Assembly: GCA_910585605.1 (NCBI GenBank)
Contig: CAJUFL010000011.1
Location: 3,313-67,312, forward strand
Length of the DNA stretch: 64,000 nucleotides
Direction of reading: 5' to 3'
Source of the DNA: an uncultured Lachnospiraceae bacterium
Lineage (GTDB): Bacteria; Bacillota; Clostridia; Lachnospirales; Lachnospiraceae
The position numbers were made by a program, and so were the translations under genes. Of this stretch, positions 30,239 to 39,768 are shown piece after piece. The notes under the pieces are model-generated. The model did no database searches. It was not told where the DNA came from and worked only from the letters and a program-made list of their open reading frames with translations. The stretch's first letter is position 1; every line of letters starts with the position of its first letter.

Positions 30239-30419
30239 TATATGCCTCCTGCTTCTTTATAAAAAAGTATAGTCTGCCTTCTACTCAAAAAAAGTCGAAA
30301 TACATTGCCTGCAACCGCAAATCTCCAAACATTATGCACTCCTTTCACAAGAAAAAAGAACAATAAACAGGCATGTCCTATTTACTGTCCTTTGTATCTT
30401 AAATAATCTTATCCAATTT

Positions 30420-31775
30420 TTATCTTCTCTTTAAAAACTCTGGAATCTTAATCGTTCCGTCTGCTTCCTGCTTAGGCGTCTGCGGTCTTGCGGTTGTCAC
30501 CGGAGCTGCCTGTGTCGTATTATTCACTGCACTTCCCTGTGTACCATTCATGAAAGAAGGCTTTGCGACTGTTTTAGGCTGGGGTGTTGCCATAGGCTGT
30601 CCCACATAAGTCGGTGATGCCTGTCCTGCATTCAGTCCAGTCTGTACACTTTCAGATGCTGGTGCTGACTGTACCGGACGATACGGCTGCTGAGCCGCCG
30701 GCTGTGCTGATGCTGTAGCAGCAGGTTGTACCGGTGTCGGTTGTACTGGTGCTGAAACCGGTGTCGGTTTTGTAAAAGAAGCCATAGTAGGTTGTCCAAA
30801 ACTGCCGTAAGTATTCTTTCTGGCTGCCTGCTCAATACCGGTTGCAATAATTGTTATGCTTACTTCATCTCCTAATGTCTCATTATCAACTGTACCAAAT
30901 ATAATATTAACATCTTCCCCAGCAGCTTCCGTCAGATAATTAACAGCATCATAAGCTTCTATCATGCCGATATTTCCTGCAAAATTAATGATAATATCTG
31001 TTGCACCAGAAACCGTTGTTTCTAACAATGGAGACTCCATAGCTTGTTTAATCGCTTCAACCGCCTTATCCTCTCCGCTTCCGCGTCCGATACCAATATG
31101 TGCAATTCCTTTATCACGCATTACAGACTGGATATCTGCAAAGTCAAGATTGATAATCCCCGGACTCTGAATCAAATCCGTAACACCCTGAACACCCTGC
31201 TGCAATACTTCATCGGCCTTCTTAAGTGCATCCGGAATGGTTGTCCGCTTATCACAAATCTGTAATAACTTATCATTCGGAACAACGATCAATGTATCTA
31301 CATTCACTTTTAATCTGTCGATACCTGCGATTGCATTATTCATACGAGGCTTACCTTCAAACGAAAATGGCTTTGTAACAACACCAACTGTTAAAATTCC
31401 AAGATTTTTGGCAATTTCAGCAACAACGGGAGCTGCACCGGTTCCGGTTCCTCCACCCATACCACAGGTAACAAATACCATATCAGCATCTTTTACCAGT
31501 TCGGTAATCTCTTCTCTATTCTCTTCTATCGCTCCTGCACCAACTTCAGGCTTAGCTCCTGCACCAAGTCCCTTTGTCAGTTTTTCGCCAATCTGAATCT
31601 TTGTAGGTGCCTTAGATGTTGCTAACACCTGTTTATCTGTATTAATGGCAACTAAGTCCACCCCATTGATGTTCTCATCCACCATTCTATTAACTGCATT
31701 GTTACCAGCTCCACCTACACCAATTACCAAAATCTTAGCAGGTCCTTTTTCTTCGAATGTTTTTATTTCAAGCAA
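30420..31775 (-). CDS. ftsZ: Cell-division GTPase FtsZ
   Basis: [13 protein letters not shown] and the tubulin signature [12 protein letters not shown] long P/Q/A/T-rich linker ends in the conserved C-terminal peptide [13 protein letters not shown] start with an AGGAGG RBS. Confidence 0.97.
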   Translation of the reverse strand: MLEIKTFEEKGPAKILVIGVGGAGNNAVNRMVDENINGVDLVAINTDKQVLATSKAPTKIQIGEKLTKGLGAGAKPEVGAGAIEENREEITELVKDADMVFVTCGMGGGTGTGAAPVVAEIAKNLGILTVGVVTKPFSFEGKPRMNNAIAGIDRLKVNVDTLIVVPNDKLLQICDKRTTIPDALKKADEVLQQGVQGVTDLIQSPGIINLDFADIQSVMRDKGIAHIGIGRGSGEDKAVEAIKQAMESPLLETTVSGATDIIINFAGNIGMIEAYDAVNYLTEAAGEDVNIIFGTVDNETLGDEVSITIIATGIEQAARKNTYGSFGQPTMASFTKPTPVSAPVQPTPVQPAATASAQPAAQQPYRPVQSAPASESVQTGLNAGQASPTYVGQPMATPQPKTVAKPSFMNGTQGSAVNNTTQAAPVTTARPQTPKQEADGTIKIPEFLKRR

Positions 31776-31923
31776 GGTAATTTCCTCCTTATTTAAATTT
31801 TCCTTAATTATTAGTAAACATATATATAATACTGTTTTTCGGTAAAATAATCAACCCTCTATTTTATGAATATTTTTAAAATATGCATATTTTTTCATAT
31901 TTTGAAGAAGATAATCGCCACTT

Positions 31924-32673
31924 TTATTCTGTACTCGTCTTAAAAGATGCTTTTCCAGATGCGGAATTGAAATCTCTCATATTCAAAGTTCCCTTCTTTC
32001 CCTCCAATCCTTGTAATATCTTATTTAAATCGACCAGCTGCTCCTCCAGATCCCTTCCATCACCAAGTTCAATCCGGATAGACTGGTAACCCATTACAAT
32101 TTCGCCTTCTGAGGTAAATTTAATGGAATCGATTTTTAATTCATATTTATCAATCAGTTGTGTCAGCTTCAAAATTATTTTGAATCTGTCCTCATCTTTA
32201 ATAGGAAGCTTTTCATGCAGCTCCATACTTTCGAATGACATTCCGGTTATGCATGGTGCATCATCCAGCTTTGTCTGGGATATCTCAAGTACATATCCAT
32301 CCTGATCAAAATACACATATGCATTCATATATTCAATGCAACCGGCCATTGCTTTTTCATAAACCGTCACGGTAACCTTATGTGCACTGACATATTCAAT
32401 ATCCAATTTTGCAATAAATGGAATATCTTCAATTGGATGAATTTTATTTTTGAGCATCAAAAGTACTGTATTATCAATGTACCCTTTTGCAAATACAAAA
32501 TCCTTTATCTCTTCCTTATTATAATGCTTATTTCCTGTCACTTCGATGCTGTCAATCCGAAAACAGGTAAGCAGAACAACAATAAAAACAACTAAAAAGA
32601 GAACAACAAAAATAGCTGCCATACCCTTTCGTTTTTTCTTAAATTGTATTACATTATCTTCCCTGTTTCTCAT
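31924..32673 (-). CDS. ftsQ: Cell-division protein FtsQ/DivIB (POTRA)
   Basis: Short cytoplasmic tail, one TM helix (AAIFVVLFLVVFIVVLL), and a POTRA-like start (RIDSIEVTGNKHY). Located between the mur genes and ftsZ. Confidence 0.75.
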   Translation of the reverse strand: MRNREDNVIQFKKKRKGMAAIFVVLFLVVFIVVLLTCFRIDSIEVTGNKHYNKEEIKDFVFAKGYIDNTVLLMLKNKIHPIEDIPFIAKLDIEYVSAHKVTVTVYEKAMAGCIEYMNAYVYFDQDGYVLEISQTKLDDAPCITGMSFESMELHEKLPIKDEDRFKIILKLTQLIDKYELKIDSIKFTSEGEIVMGYQSIRIELGDGRDLEEQLVDLNKILQGLEGKKGTLNMRDFNSASGKASFKTSTE

Positions 32674-32682
32674 TTTACACCT

Positions 32683-33948
32683 TTATACATAAGCAATATC
32701 CACTCCTAAACAGTGCAGGTCTCTTACAATATCCTCATACCCGCGTTCTATATAGGAAATATCTGTTATTGTTGTATATCCTTTACTAATCAGTCCTGCA
32801 ACCACAAGTGCTGCTCCCTGTCTTAAATCTGTTGCTTTCACAGTGTGTCCCTGGAGTTTTATATTTCCTTTTATCAATGCCTTTTGCTCCTTCACCTGAA
32901 TTCTGGCATTCAGTTTTTCCAATTCTTTTACAATCGCAAAACGGTTCTCAAATACCGTTTCTGTCACACTGCTGTCCTGAACTGCTTTTGCCAGAACAGT
33001 CATCAATACCGGCTGTAAGTCCGTTGGAAATTCAGGATAAATTCCTGTCTCAAAGTCACCTGCTGCTACTTTCCCCAGAGACTGAATACTCAGATATCTG
33101 TCAAACTTTATTACATTGACTCCCAGCTTAGATGCCGTCTGAATAATATTTTTCAAATAATGAATATCTTCTATTCCTGTCATTTTGATATCACTGGGAA
33201 CTGCTGCTGCCATAAGCAGATAAGTACCTGCGACTATTCTATCATATACATTGTGGTAATCGGATGAAACCAGCTCCTTTGTTCCCTTTATAATCAGCAC
33301 ATCTGTTCCGATACCTTCTATCAGAGCACCCATGGATACCAGATAATTGCAAAGCTCAATAATCTCAGGCTCTTTTGCCGCTCCCCGCAATATGGTTCTT
33401 CCTTTTGCCCCTACTGCTGCCATAAGCAGGTTCTCCGTTGCACCAACACTCGGAAAACGCAGATGATATTCACACCCTTGAAGATAATAGGTTTCACAGG
33501 ATAAGATTTCCTTATGCAGATTTACATCTACATTCATTTTCACTAATCCTTCTAAATGAATATCAATCGGTCTAAGACCAATCGCACAGCCGCCCGGCAT
33601 ACCAAGTTCTGCCTTATGCCACCTTGCCAGCATTGACCCTAGCAGCAAAACAGAAGATCTGAGTCTCTTCGTCAGAGAATATGGTAACGGTTCATAAGAA
33701 GCTTCTCTGGTGTCAATCGTTAAAGTATGTTCTGCCAGACTGGTCTTAACATGAAGACACTCTAACAGCCTGCACATCACCTGTACATCTTCTATCATAG
33801 GACAGTTATAAATCACTGATATTCCAGAAGTAAGTAACGTTGCCGCCATAACGGGTAAAACCGTATTTTTGGAACCTTGTATTTCAATTGTTCCCTTTAA
33901 TTCTCCGGCTTCTTTCACACTAATCGCTTTCAAGGAACTCACATCCAA
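32683..33948 (-). CDS. murA: UDP-N-acetylglucosamine 1-carboxyvinyltransferase (MurA family, divergent paralog)
   Basis: EPSP-synthase fold motifs: IQGSKNTVLPVMAA, active-site loop GMPGGCAIGLRPIDIHL (Cys present), FPSVGATENL, EFPTDLQP, ATDLRQGAALVVAGL. Confidence 0.88.
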   Translation of the reverse strand: MDVSSLKAISVKEAGELKGTIEIQGSKNTVLPVMAATLLTSGISVIYNCPMIEDVQVMCRLLECLHVKTSLAEHTLTIDTREASYEPLPYSLTKRLRSSVLLLGSMLARWHKAELGMPGGCAIGLRPIDIHLEGLVKMNVDVNLHKEILSCETYYLQGCEYHLRFPSVGATENLLMAAVGAKGRTILRGAAKEPEIIELCNYLVSMGALIEGIGTDVLIIKGTKELVSSDYHNVYDRIVAGTYLLMAAAVPSDIKMTGIEDIHYLKNIIQTASKLGVNVIKFDRYLSIQSLGKVAAGDFETGIYPEFPTDLQPVLMTVLAKAVQDSSVTETVFENRFAIVKELEKLNARIQVKEQKALIKGNIKLQGHTVKATDLRQGAALVVAGLISKGYTTITDISYIERGYEDIVRDLHCLGVDIAYV

Positions 33949-34004
33949 TCCCTGCCATATATATTATAATATGCCACTAGAAAGAATTATGTGATTCCCA
34001 AACA

Positions 34005-35156
34005 TCAATATTCTTTGGGAATTCTTATCTGCCTGGCCACAGAAAGTACCAGACCCATTTCTATCAAAAGTCCGCATAGTGCCGTTCCTCCATAACTGAT
34101 AAACGGCAGCGGAACCCCTGTGGGCGGAATAGAATTTGTTACAACTGCAATGTTGACAAGCACCTGAACTGCAATATGCGTGATAACACCTACTACTATC
34201 AATGCACCAAATAAATCCGGAGCACTCATGGCAATCATAACACAACGCCATATCAGCAATATAAAAATCGCCACTACACATGCGGCACCAAACAATCCCA
34301 GTTCTTCACAAATCACCGAGAAGATCATATCATTATGGGACTCAGGAATGAATCCCAGCTTCTGGATACTCTGTCCTAACCCCTTTCCAAAAATGCCACC
34401 GGAACCAATGGCATATAATGACTGCAATGTCTGATAACCTTTTTCATACTTTTCGGGATCCAGCCATATTTTAATACGCTCTACCCTGTAAGTCGCAATC
34501 ATAAGGAAAAATACCATGATAATTACAACCACAATGCCCATCATTAAAAATTGCTTTACCTTCGGACTGGTAACAAATACAATCATCAATGTAATTGCCG
34601 CGCATATAATACCGGTACTTAAATTTTCTTTTGCAATCAAAGCAACTGCGACCATAGGAAGAACCATAACTTTAGCCATAATTTTGAAATCTCCGATTCT
34701 TGCTGCCCGAATCGTTGCCATATGTGACGTAAATATAATAATCACGATTTTGGCCACCTCGGATGGCTGGAACTGCAAAGGACCAATCTGAATCCATCTT
34801 ACCGCACCGTGAGAAGCCGCTCCAAGAATCAACACCAGCACCAACAGTCCGATCACACCATACATCATGAGCAAAGACCATTTCTTCCACCAGTGATAAT
34901 CTATTCTTGCTACCAGCAGCATTACCACAATCCCTAAAAGAGCAAAAGCTCCCTGTCTTTTTAAATAATACGTGGCACTCTGCTGTTTTAATTCTGCCGT
35001 ATAGGAACTGGTACTAAATACCATAACCAGACCAAACGCCACTAAAAACAAAATAATAAATAGCAGGGAATAATCAAAATAATTACTCTTTACACGTGCC
35101 AACGAACTTCTTTTCCGTATTCGCTTGTTAGCATTCCCAGGCTTTCTTCCCGCCAT
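34005..35156 (-). CDS. ftsW: SEDS-family peptidoglycan polymerase FtsW/SpoVE
   Basis: Polytopic membrane protein with QPSEVAKI, PESHNDMIFSVICEELG and GVPLPFISYGGT motifs. Confidence 0.9.
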   Translation of the reverse strand: MAGRKPGNANKRIRKRSSLARVKSNYFDYSLLFIILFLVAFGLVMVFSTSSYTAELKQQSATYYLKRQGAFALLGIVVMLLVARIDYHWWKKWSLLMMYGVIGLLVLVLILGAASHGAVRWIQIGPLQFQPSEVAKIVIIIFTSHMATIRAARIGDFKIMAKVMVLPMVAVALIAKENLSTGIICAAITLMIVFVTSPKVKQFLMMGIVVVIIMVFFLMIATYRVERIKIWLDPEKYEKGYQTLQSLYAIGSGGIFGKGLGQSIQKLGFIPESHNDMIFSVICEELGLFGAACVVAIFILLIWRCVMIAMSAPDLFGALIVVGVITHIAVQVLVNIAVVTNSIPPTGVPLPFISYGGTALCGLLIEMGLVLSVARQIRIPKEY

Positions 35157-35159
35157 AAA

Positions 35160-36524
35160 CTATGCTCCTAACTTATTTACATATTCTTTAAACATATTTC
35201 CACGCTGTTCATAATTATTAAACATTCCCCAGCTTGCACATGCCGGAGACAATAAAACTGCTTCTCCCGGTGCCGCTTCTTTTGCACAAACGCCAACCGC
35301 CTCCTCCAAAGTATCCACAATAACTACATTTTCGAAACCCAGTTTCTTCGCTGTGTCTGCTATCATTCTGGCTGTCTGGCCAAGAAGCACAAGCTTTTTC
35401 ACCTTGCCGCCAAAAGACTGGATCCATTCATCAAAAGCAACGCCTTTATCGTATCCCCCACCAATCAAAACCGTTTTACGATTCATTGCCTGTACTGCTT
35501 TTATCGCTGCATCCGGATTCGTTCCCTTGGAATCATTATAATATGTAACACCATTTACTTCTCTCACAAATTCAATCCTGTGTTCTACACCTTTAAAAGT
35601 CTTTAATACATCTATGATATCTTTTAACGGTACTCCCATGTAATAAGCTACCGCAATACCCGCCATATAATTTTCAATATTATGGGCTCCAAGCAGTATT
35701 AAATCTTTTGTATCAATTACCTTCGTCTCGCATCCTGCCTCCCGAAGTACAATAGTTTCCCCTTTTAAACAGATTCCCTCTTCTATACTATGTAACCGAC
35801 TGAAAAATATAACCTTCGCTTTCACCCTCTCATCTTCCGCCATCTGCCTTGTAACCGGATCATCATAATTTAATACAAGATAATCCTGTTCTGTCTGATT
35901 TCTACATATATCAAGCTTAACAGATGCATAGTTTTCCATTGTATAATGTCTGTCTAAATGGTCCGGTGTCACATTAAGAACTGCACTGACATGCGGTTTA
36001 AAATCCACGATAGTCTCCAGCTGGAAAGAGGAAACCTCTGCAACTGTATAAGACTCTCTGTTCATCTTAAGTACTACTTCCGTATATGGAATTCCTATAT
36101 TGCCTACAGTAAAACTATTAGAGGTATGTGCAGAAAATATTTCTCCCACAAGAGATGTTGTCGTTGTTTTTCCATTAGTACCTGTAATAGCTGCCAGTTT
36201 TCCGTCTCCAACCTGATAAGCCAGTTCAATCTCACTCCAGATTGGAATCTTCCGCTCCCTCACTGCATTAGCTATATCAGAATCCGACGGTATTCCTGGA
36301 CTTATGACCATCAAACCAATATCATCCAAGATAATATCGTTTATATCACCTAAAACAACTCTGATATCCTTCCGTTCTTTAAATTGTGATAAAAGCTTTT
36401 CTACATCCAATGCTGCATTATCGTCATAAAATATAATCTCTGCACCCTTTTCCAGCAATAATTTTCCTGCGTTCACTCCGCTTTTTCCTGTGCCTGCAAT
36501 CAGCACTCTCTTATGAAAATCCAT
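35160..36524 (-). CDS. murD: UDP-N-acetylmuramoylalanine--D-glutamate ligase
   Basis: IAGTGKSG Rossmann N-terminus and the Mur-ligase P-loop ITGTNGKTTT. Start set at ATG 36524 (GGAGGA RBS) instead of the track TTG at 36536. Confidence 0.93.
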   Translation of the reverse strand: MDFHKRVLIAGTGKSGVNAGKLLLEKGAEIIFYDDNAALDVEKLLSQFKERKDIRVVLGDINDIILDDIGLMVISPGIPSDSDIANAVRERKIPIWSEIELAYQVGDGKLAAITGTNGKTTTTSLVGEIFSAHTSNSFTVGNIGIPYTEVVLKMNRESYTVAEVSSFQLETIVDFKPHVSAVLNVTPDHLDRHYTMENYASVKLDICRNQTEQDYLVLNYDDPVTRQMAEDERVKAKVIFFSRLHSIEEGICLKGETIVLREAGCETKVIDTKDLILLGAHNIENYMAGIAVAYYMGVPLKDIIDVLKTFKGVEHRIEFVREVNGVTYYNDSKGTNPDAAIKAVQAMNRKTVLIGGGYDKGVAFDEWIQSFGGKVKKLVLLGQTARMIADTAKKLGFENVVIVDTLEEAVGVCAKEAAPGEAVLLSPACASWGMFNNYEQRGNMFKEYVNKLGA

Positions 36525-36577
36525 ACTTTCCTCCAAAATATCACAAACTATATATCCTTTTTATTAACAAATGCTGT

Positions 36578-37543
36578 CTACAATGCCACCAATCCTATCA
36601 GACATAGAATTGCAGTCACAATTGAAAAAATCGCTACTACTTTTGTTTCCGGCCAGCCGGAAAGTTCAAAGTGATGATGAATGGGGGCCATCTTAAATAC
36701 TCGTTTTCCTGTTTTCTTAAAATAAGCAACCTGAATAATAACGGATAGCACCTCCACAAAATATATAAATCCAACTATCACGATATATACCGGCATTTTC
36801 AACATAACCGCAGTCGCTGCAATCAGTCCGCCAAGGGCTAATGATCCAGTATCTCCCATAAATACCTTGGCAGGATATACATTAAACACCAAAAATCCCA
36901 GCAGAGCCCCGACAGCTGCACAGGTAATGGTTTCCAGACCTGAAACCATTCCAATCGCAACCACCGTAAAAAAAGTTGCCGTCAACACCGTAATTGATGA
37001 TAACAGTCCGTCTAACCCATCCGTAAAATTGGTTCCGTTTACTGTTCCGATCACCACAAAAAACAAAAACGGATAAAACCAGAAGCCCAGATTGAATTCA
37101 TATCCTCCCGTAAACGGAATCATAACAGAGGTTCCAATCTCCGTATAATTCGCCAGATAATAGGCAAATACCGCCGTTATCAGAAACTGCCCTGCCATTT
37201 TCTGCCATGCCCGAAGCCCCATGGAACGCTTCATGACCACTTTAATATAATCATCCAAAAATCCCACCAGACCAAAACCTAATGTAACAAAAAGTACCGG
37301 AAGAATTTCCGGATGGCTCTTCATATAAAACAGAGAGGTAAGGACGATACTGCAAAGAATGATCAACCCTCCCATTGTAGGCGTTCCGGATTTCTTTAAA
37401 TGCGATTCCGGTCCGTCATCTCTGACAAACTGACCAAACTTCAGCTTTTTCAAAAACGGTATCATCACCGGACTTAAAATCACGCTGATTCCAAAAGCAA
37501 TCAATACTGGTAACAAAATTGTAAAATCAAATTTCATAGTCAT
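36578..37543 (-). CDS. mraY: Phospho-N-acetylmuramoyl-pentapeptide transferase
   Basis: GTPTMGGL, DDYIKV, NGTNFTDGLDGL and GDTGSLALGG motifs. Confidence 0.96.
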   Translation of the reverse strand: MTMKFDFTILLPVLIAFGISVILSPVMIPFLKKLKFGQFVRDDGPESHLKKSGTPTMGGLIILCSIVLTSLFYMKSHPEILPVLFVTLGFGLVGFLDDYIKVVMKRSMGLRAWQKMAGQFLITAVFAYYLANYTEIGTSVMIPFTGGYEFNLGFWFYPFLFFVVIGTVNGTNFTDGLDGLLSSITVLTATFFTVVAIGMVSGLETITCAAVGALLGFLVFNVYPAKVFMGDTGSLALGGLIAATAVMLKMPVYIVIVGFIYFVEVLSVIIQVAYFKKTGKRVFKMAPIHHHFELSGWPETKVVAIFSIVTAILCLIGLVAL

Positions 37544-37685
37544 TCCTACCCTTTAGTAATTTTTTTTGCAGCCACTCTTCCAATAACCACAAGACCTTGT
37601 ATGCTACAAAAAGCACATACCCTAATAGTATAATTCTTTTTTATTATTTTATCAACCTCTTGGTCATCATTCTTTCCCTTTCCAC

Positions 37686-39560
37686 TTATTCTACAGTATC
37701 TTCAAAATCAATGGATATGACAGATTCTTTTATTTGCTCCTCCGAATAGTCTGCCTCTATTCCCAGATAAGGTAAAATATTGGAAAACATTTCTGACATT
37801 ACCGGTGCAGCAATCGTTCCCCCATAATAAATGCCAACAGGCTCATCAATCAAGATAATTCCAATCACCTGCGGATTGTCTGCTGGTGCAAACCCAAGAA
37901 ATGAAGAAATATACTTTCCGTTTCCTCTTGGAAGCTTTTCAGACGTTGCAGTCTTTCCTCCTACTCTGTATCCTTCCACCTGTCCTTTATGACCGGAACC
38001 TTCCGCCACAACCGCCTCCAGCAGTTCTTTCATCATTTCAGACGTTTCCTTTTCTATGGCATTTTCTTTTTCTTCATAAGAAAACGTTTTGGTACGTTTA
38101 CCTGTCTCATCCGTTGCATAAACTCCGAAATGCGGAGTCACCAGCGTTCCCCCATTGACTACGGCACTTGCTGCCCGAAGCAGCTGCAACGGTGTAATCT
38201 GAAAAGACTGCCCAAAACTCATGGTAGCCAGCTCCACTGCTTTTACATTTTCCTGTTTATGCATGATCGAAGATGCCTCTCCCGGAAGATCCACACCTGT
38301 TTTCTCAAACAGACCAAGTTTTTCGTAATTCTTATACATTGCAGAAACACCTACTCTTGCACCAACATCCATAAATACCGGATTGCAGGAATTCATAAAG
38401 CCCTGTTTGAATGTTTCTGTACCATGTCCTCCCACCTTATGGCATCGGATTCTTCTGTCTTCTACCATACGGAATCCCGGACACGAAAATGTATCTTCTA
38501 ATTTTACAACTCCTTCTTCCAATGCAGCAGTCGCGGTTACAAGCTTAAAAGTAGAACCCGGTTCATAAGTATCATTAATACAAAAATTCCGCCACATATT
38601 ATTTAAGGCGTCCTGTTTTTCTTTTTCAGTCATTTCTGTTATACTCTTGGATTTTTCTTCCGCTTCCGTTGTTCCCTCTTCTTTTACTGTCGTCACTGTA
38701 TCTGCCTCACCCTCCACAGACGGTTTTACATACAGATCTTCCACACTAACTAATGTATAAGGATCATTCAAATTATATTCAGGAACATTTACCATTGCAT
38801 AAATCTCTCCGTTTTGCGGATTCATAAGTACCACGGATACCCGCTTTGCCTGTTTTGCCTTCAGCACCTTGGTGGCTGCCTGTTCTGCATATTTTTGTAT
38901 ATTCACATCAATAGATACGTACAGATTATTACCGGAAACCGGTTCAATCCTGCTTTCTGCTTCATTTTCAATTTCCAGACCATATGCATCTGTCAAAGTC
39001 AGAATGCTGCCGGGTGTTCCGGCTAAAATATCTTCATAAGCAACTTCAATTCCTACAATCCCCTGATTATCAGAACCTGTAAATCCCAGCACCTTACTTG
39101 CCAGAGAATCATATGGGTAATATCTTTTATAATCCTCATCCACCATGACACCGTCAAGATTCATTTCTCTTAATATATCAGCAGTTTCCTTATCCACGTT
39201 ACTCTTGATTTTTTCACGTATTGTATTGGCCTTGACCTTCTTTCGTACAGTCTCTTCCTCTAATGATAAAACCTTGCAAAGAGCTTCTACAACTTTGTCC
39301 TCATCTGTAATCTGGGAGTGAATGACCGAAATGGAACATACCGGTTTATTGCCGGCTAACTCTACGCCATTTCTATCGTAAATAACTCCTCTTTTCGCTT
39401 TTATACTTCTCTCCCTCTCATGGAGAGCTTCAGCTTTCTTCAAATAATAATCTGACCTTGCTATCATCAGGTATGAAAGTCTTCCTATCAACATAATAAA
39501 CGCAAGAATGATCAATAATGCCACAACAAATATCTTTTTCCGTGTAAAAGTTTTTAGCAT
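37686..39560 (-). CDS. Class B penicillin-binding protein (SpoVD/PBP2B-like)
   Basis: N-terminal TM anchor and PBP dimerisation domain. Transpeptidase motifs STFK and SCN are present. The third box reads KTA (GGKTATSE) instead of KTG. Confidence 0.88.
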   Translation of the reverse strand: MLKTFTRKKIFVVALLIILAFIMLIGRLSYLMIARSDYYLKKAEALHERERSIKAKRGVIYDRNGVELAGNKPVCSISVIHSQITDEDKVVEALCKVLSLEEETVRKKVKANTIREKIKSNVDKETADILREMNLDGVMVDEDYKRYYPYDSLASKVLGFTGSDNQGIVGIEVAYEDILAGTPGSILTLTDAYGLEIENEAESRIEPVSGNNLYVSIDVNIQKYAEQAATKVLKAKQAKRVSVVLMNPQNGEIYAMVNVPEYNLNDPYTLVSVEDLYVKPSVEGEADTVTTVKEEGTTEAEEKSKSITEMTEKEKQDALNNMWRNFCINDTYEPGSTFKLVTATAALEEGVVKLEDTFSCPGFRMVEDRRIRCHKVGGHGTETFKQGFMNSCNPVFMDVGARVGVSAMYKNYEKLGLFEKTGVDLPGEASSIMHKQENVKAVELATMSFGQSFQITPLQLLRAASAVVNGGTLVTPHFGVYATDETGKRTKTFSYEEKENAIEKETSEMMKELLEAVVAEGSGHKGQVEGYRVGGKTATSEKLPRGNGKYISSFLGFAPADNPQVIGIILIDEPVGIYYGGTIAAPVMSEMFSNILPYLGIEADYSEEQIKESVISIDFEDTVE

Positions 39561-39768
39561 GTGGACTCCCGCAGTTCTTTCTTACTAATCTTATTACAGA
39601 ATATTTACAGTTATGATAACTATTCCTTTGTCATCAAAAAATATCCTATACATATGCAGACACCACATTTACCTAAATAACCCAGGCACAGCCCACCTCT
39701 CCCAAAGTAAACCATGCCTTTTCAATCCATTAGAACCTGCCACCGGTAGATCCTAAACCTGCTATCTT

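Noticed and set aside
33964-34281. Cys-rich 105-aa minus-strand ORF at the 3' end of ftsW
   Set aside because: It overlaps ftsW in another frame. The ftsW frame carries the conserved SEDS motifs, so this is a frame-shadow artefact.
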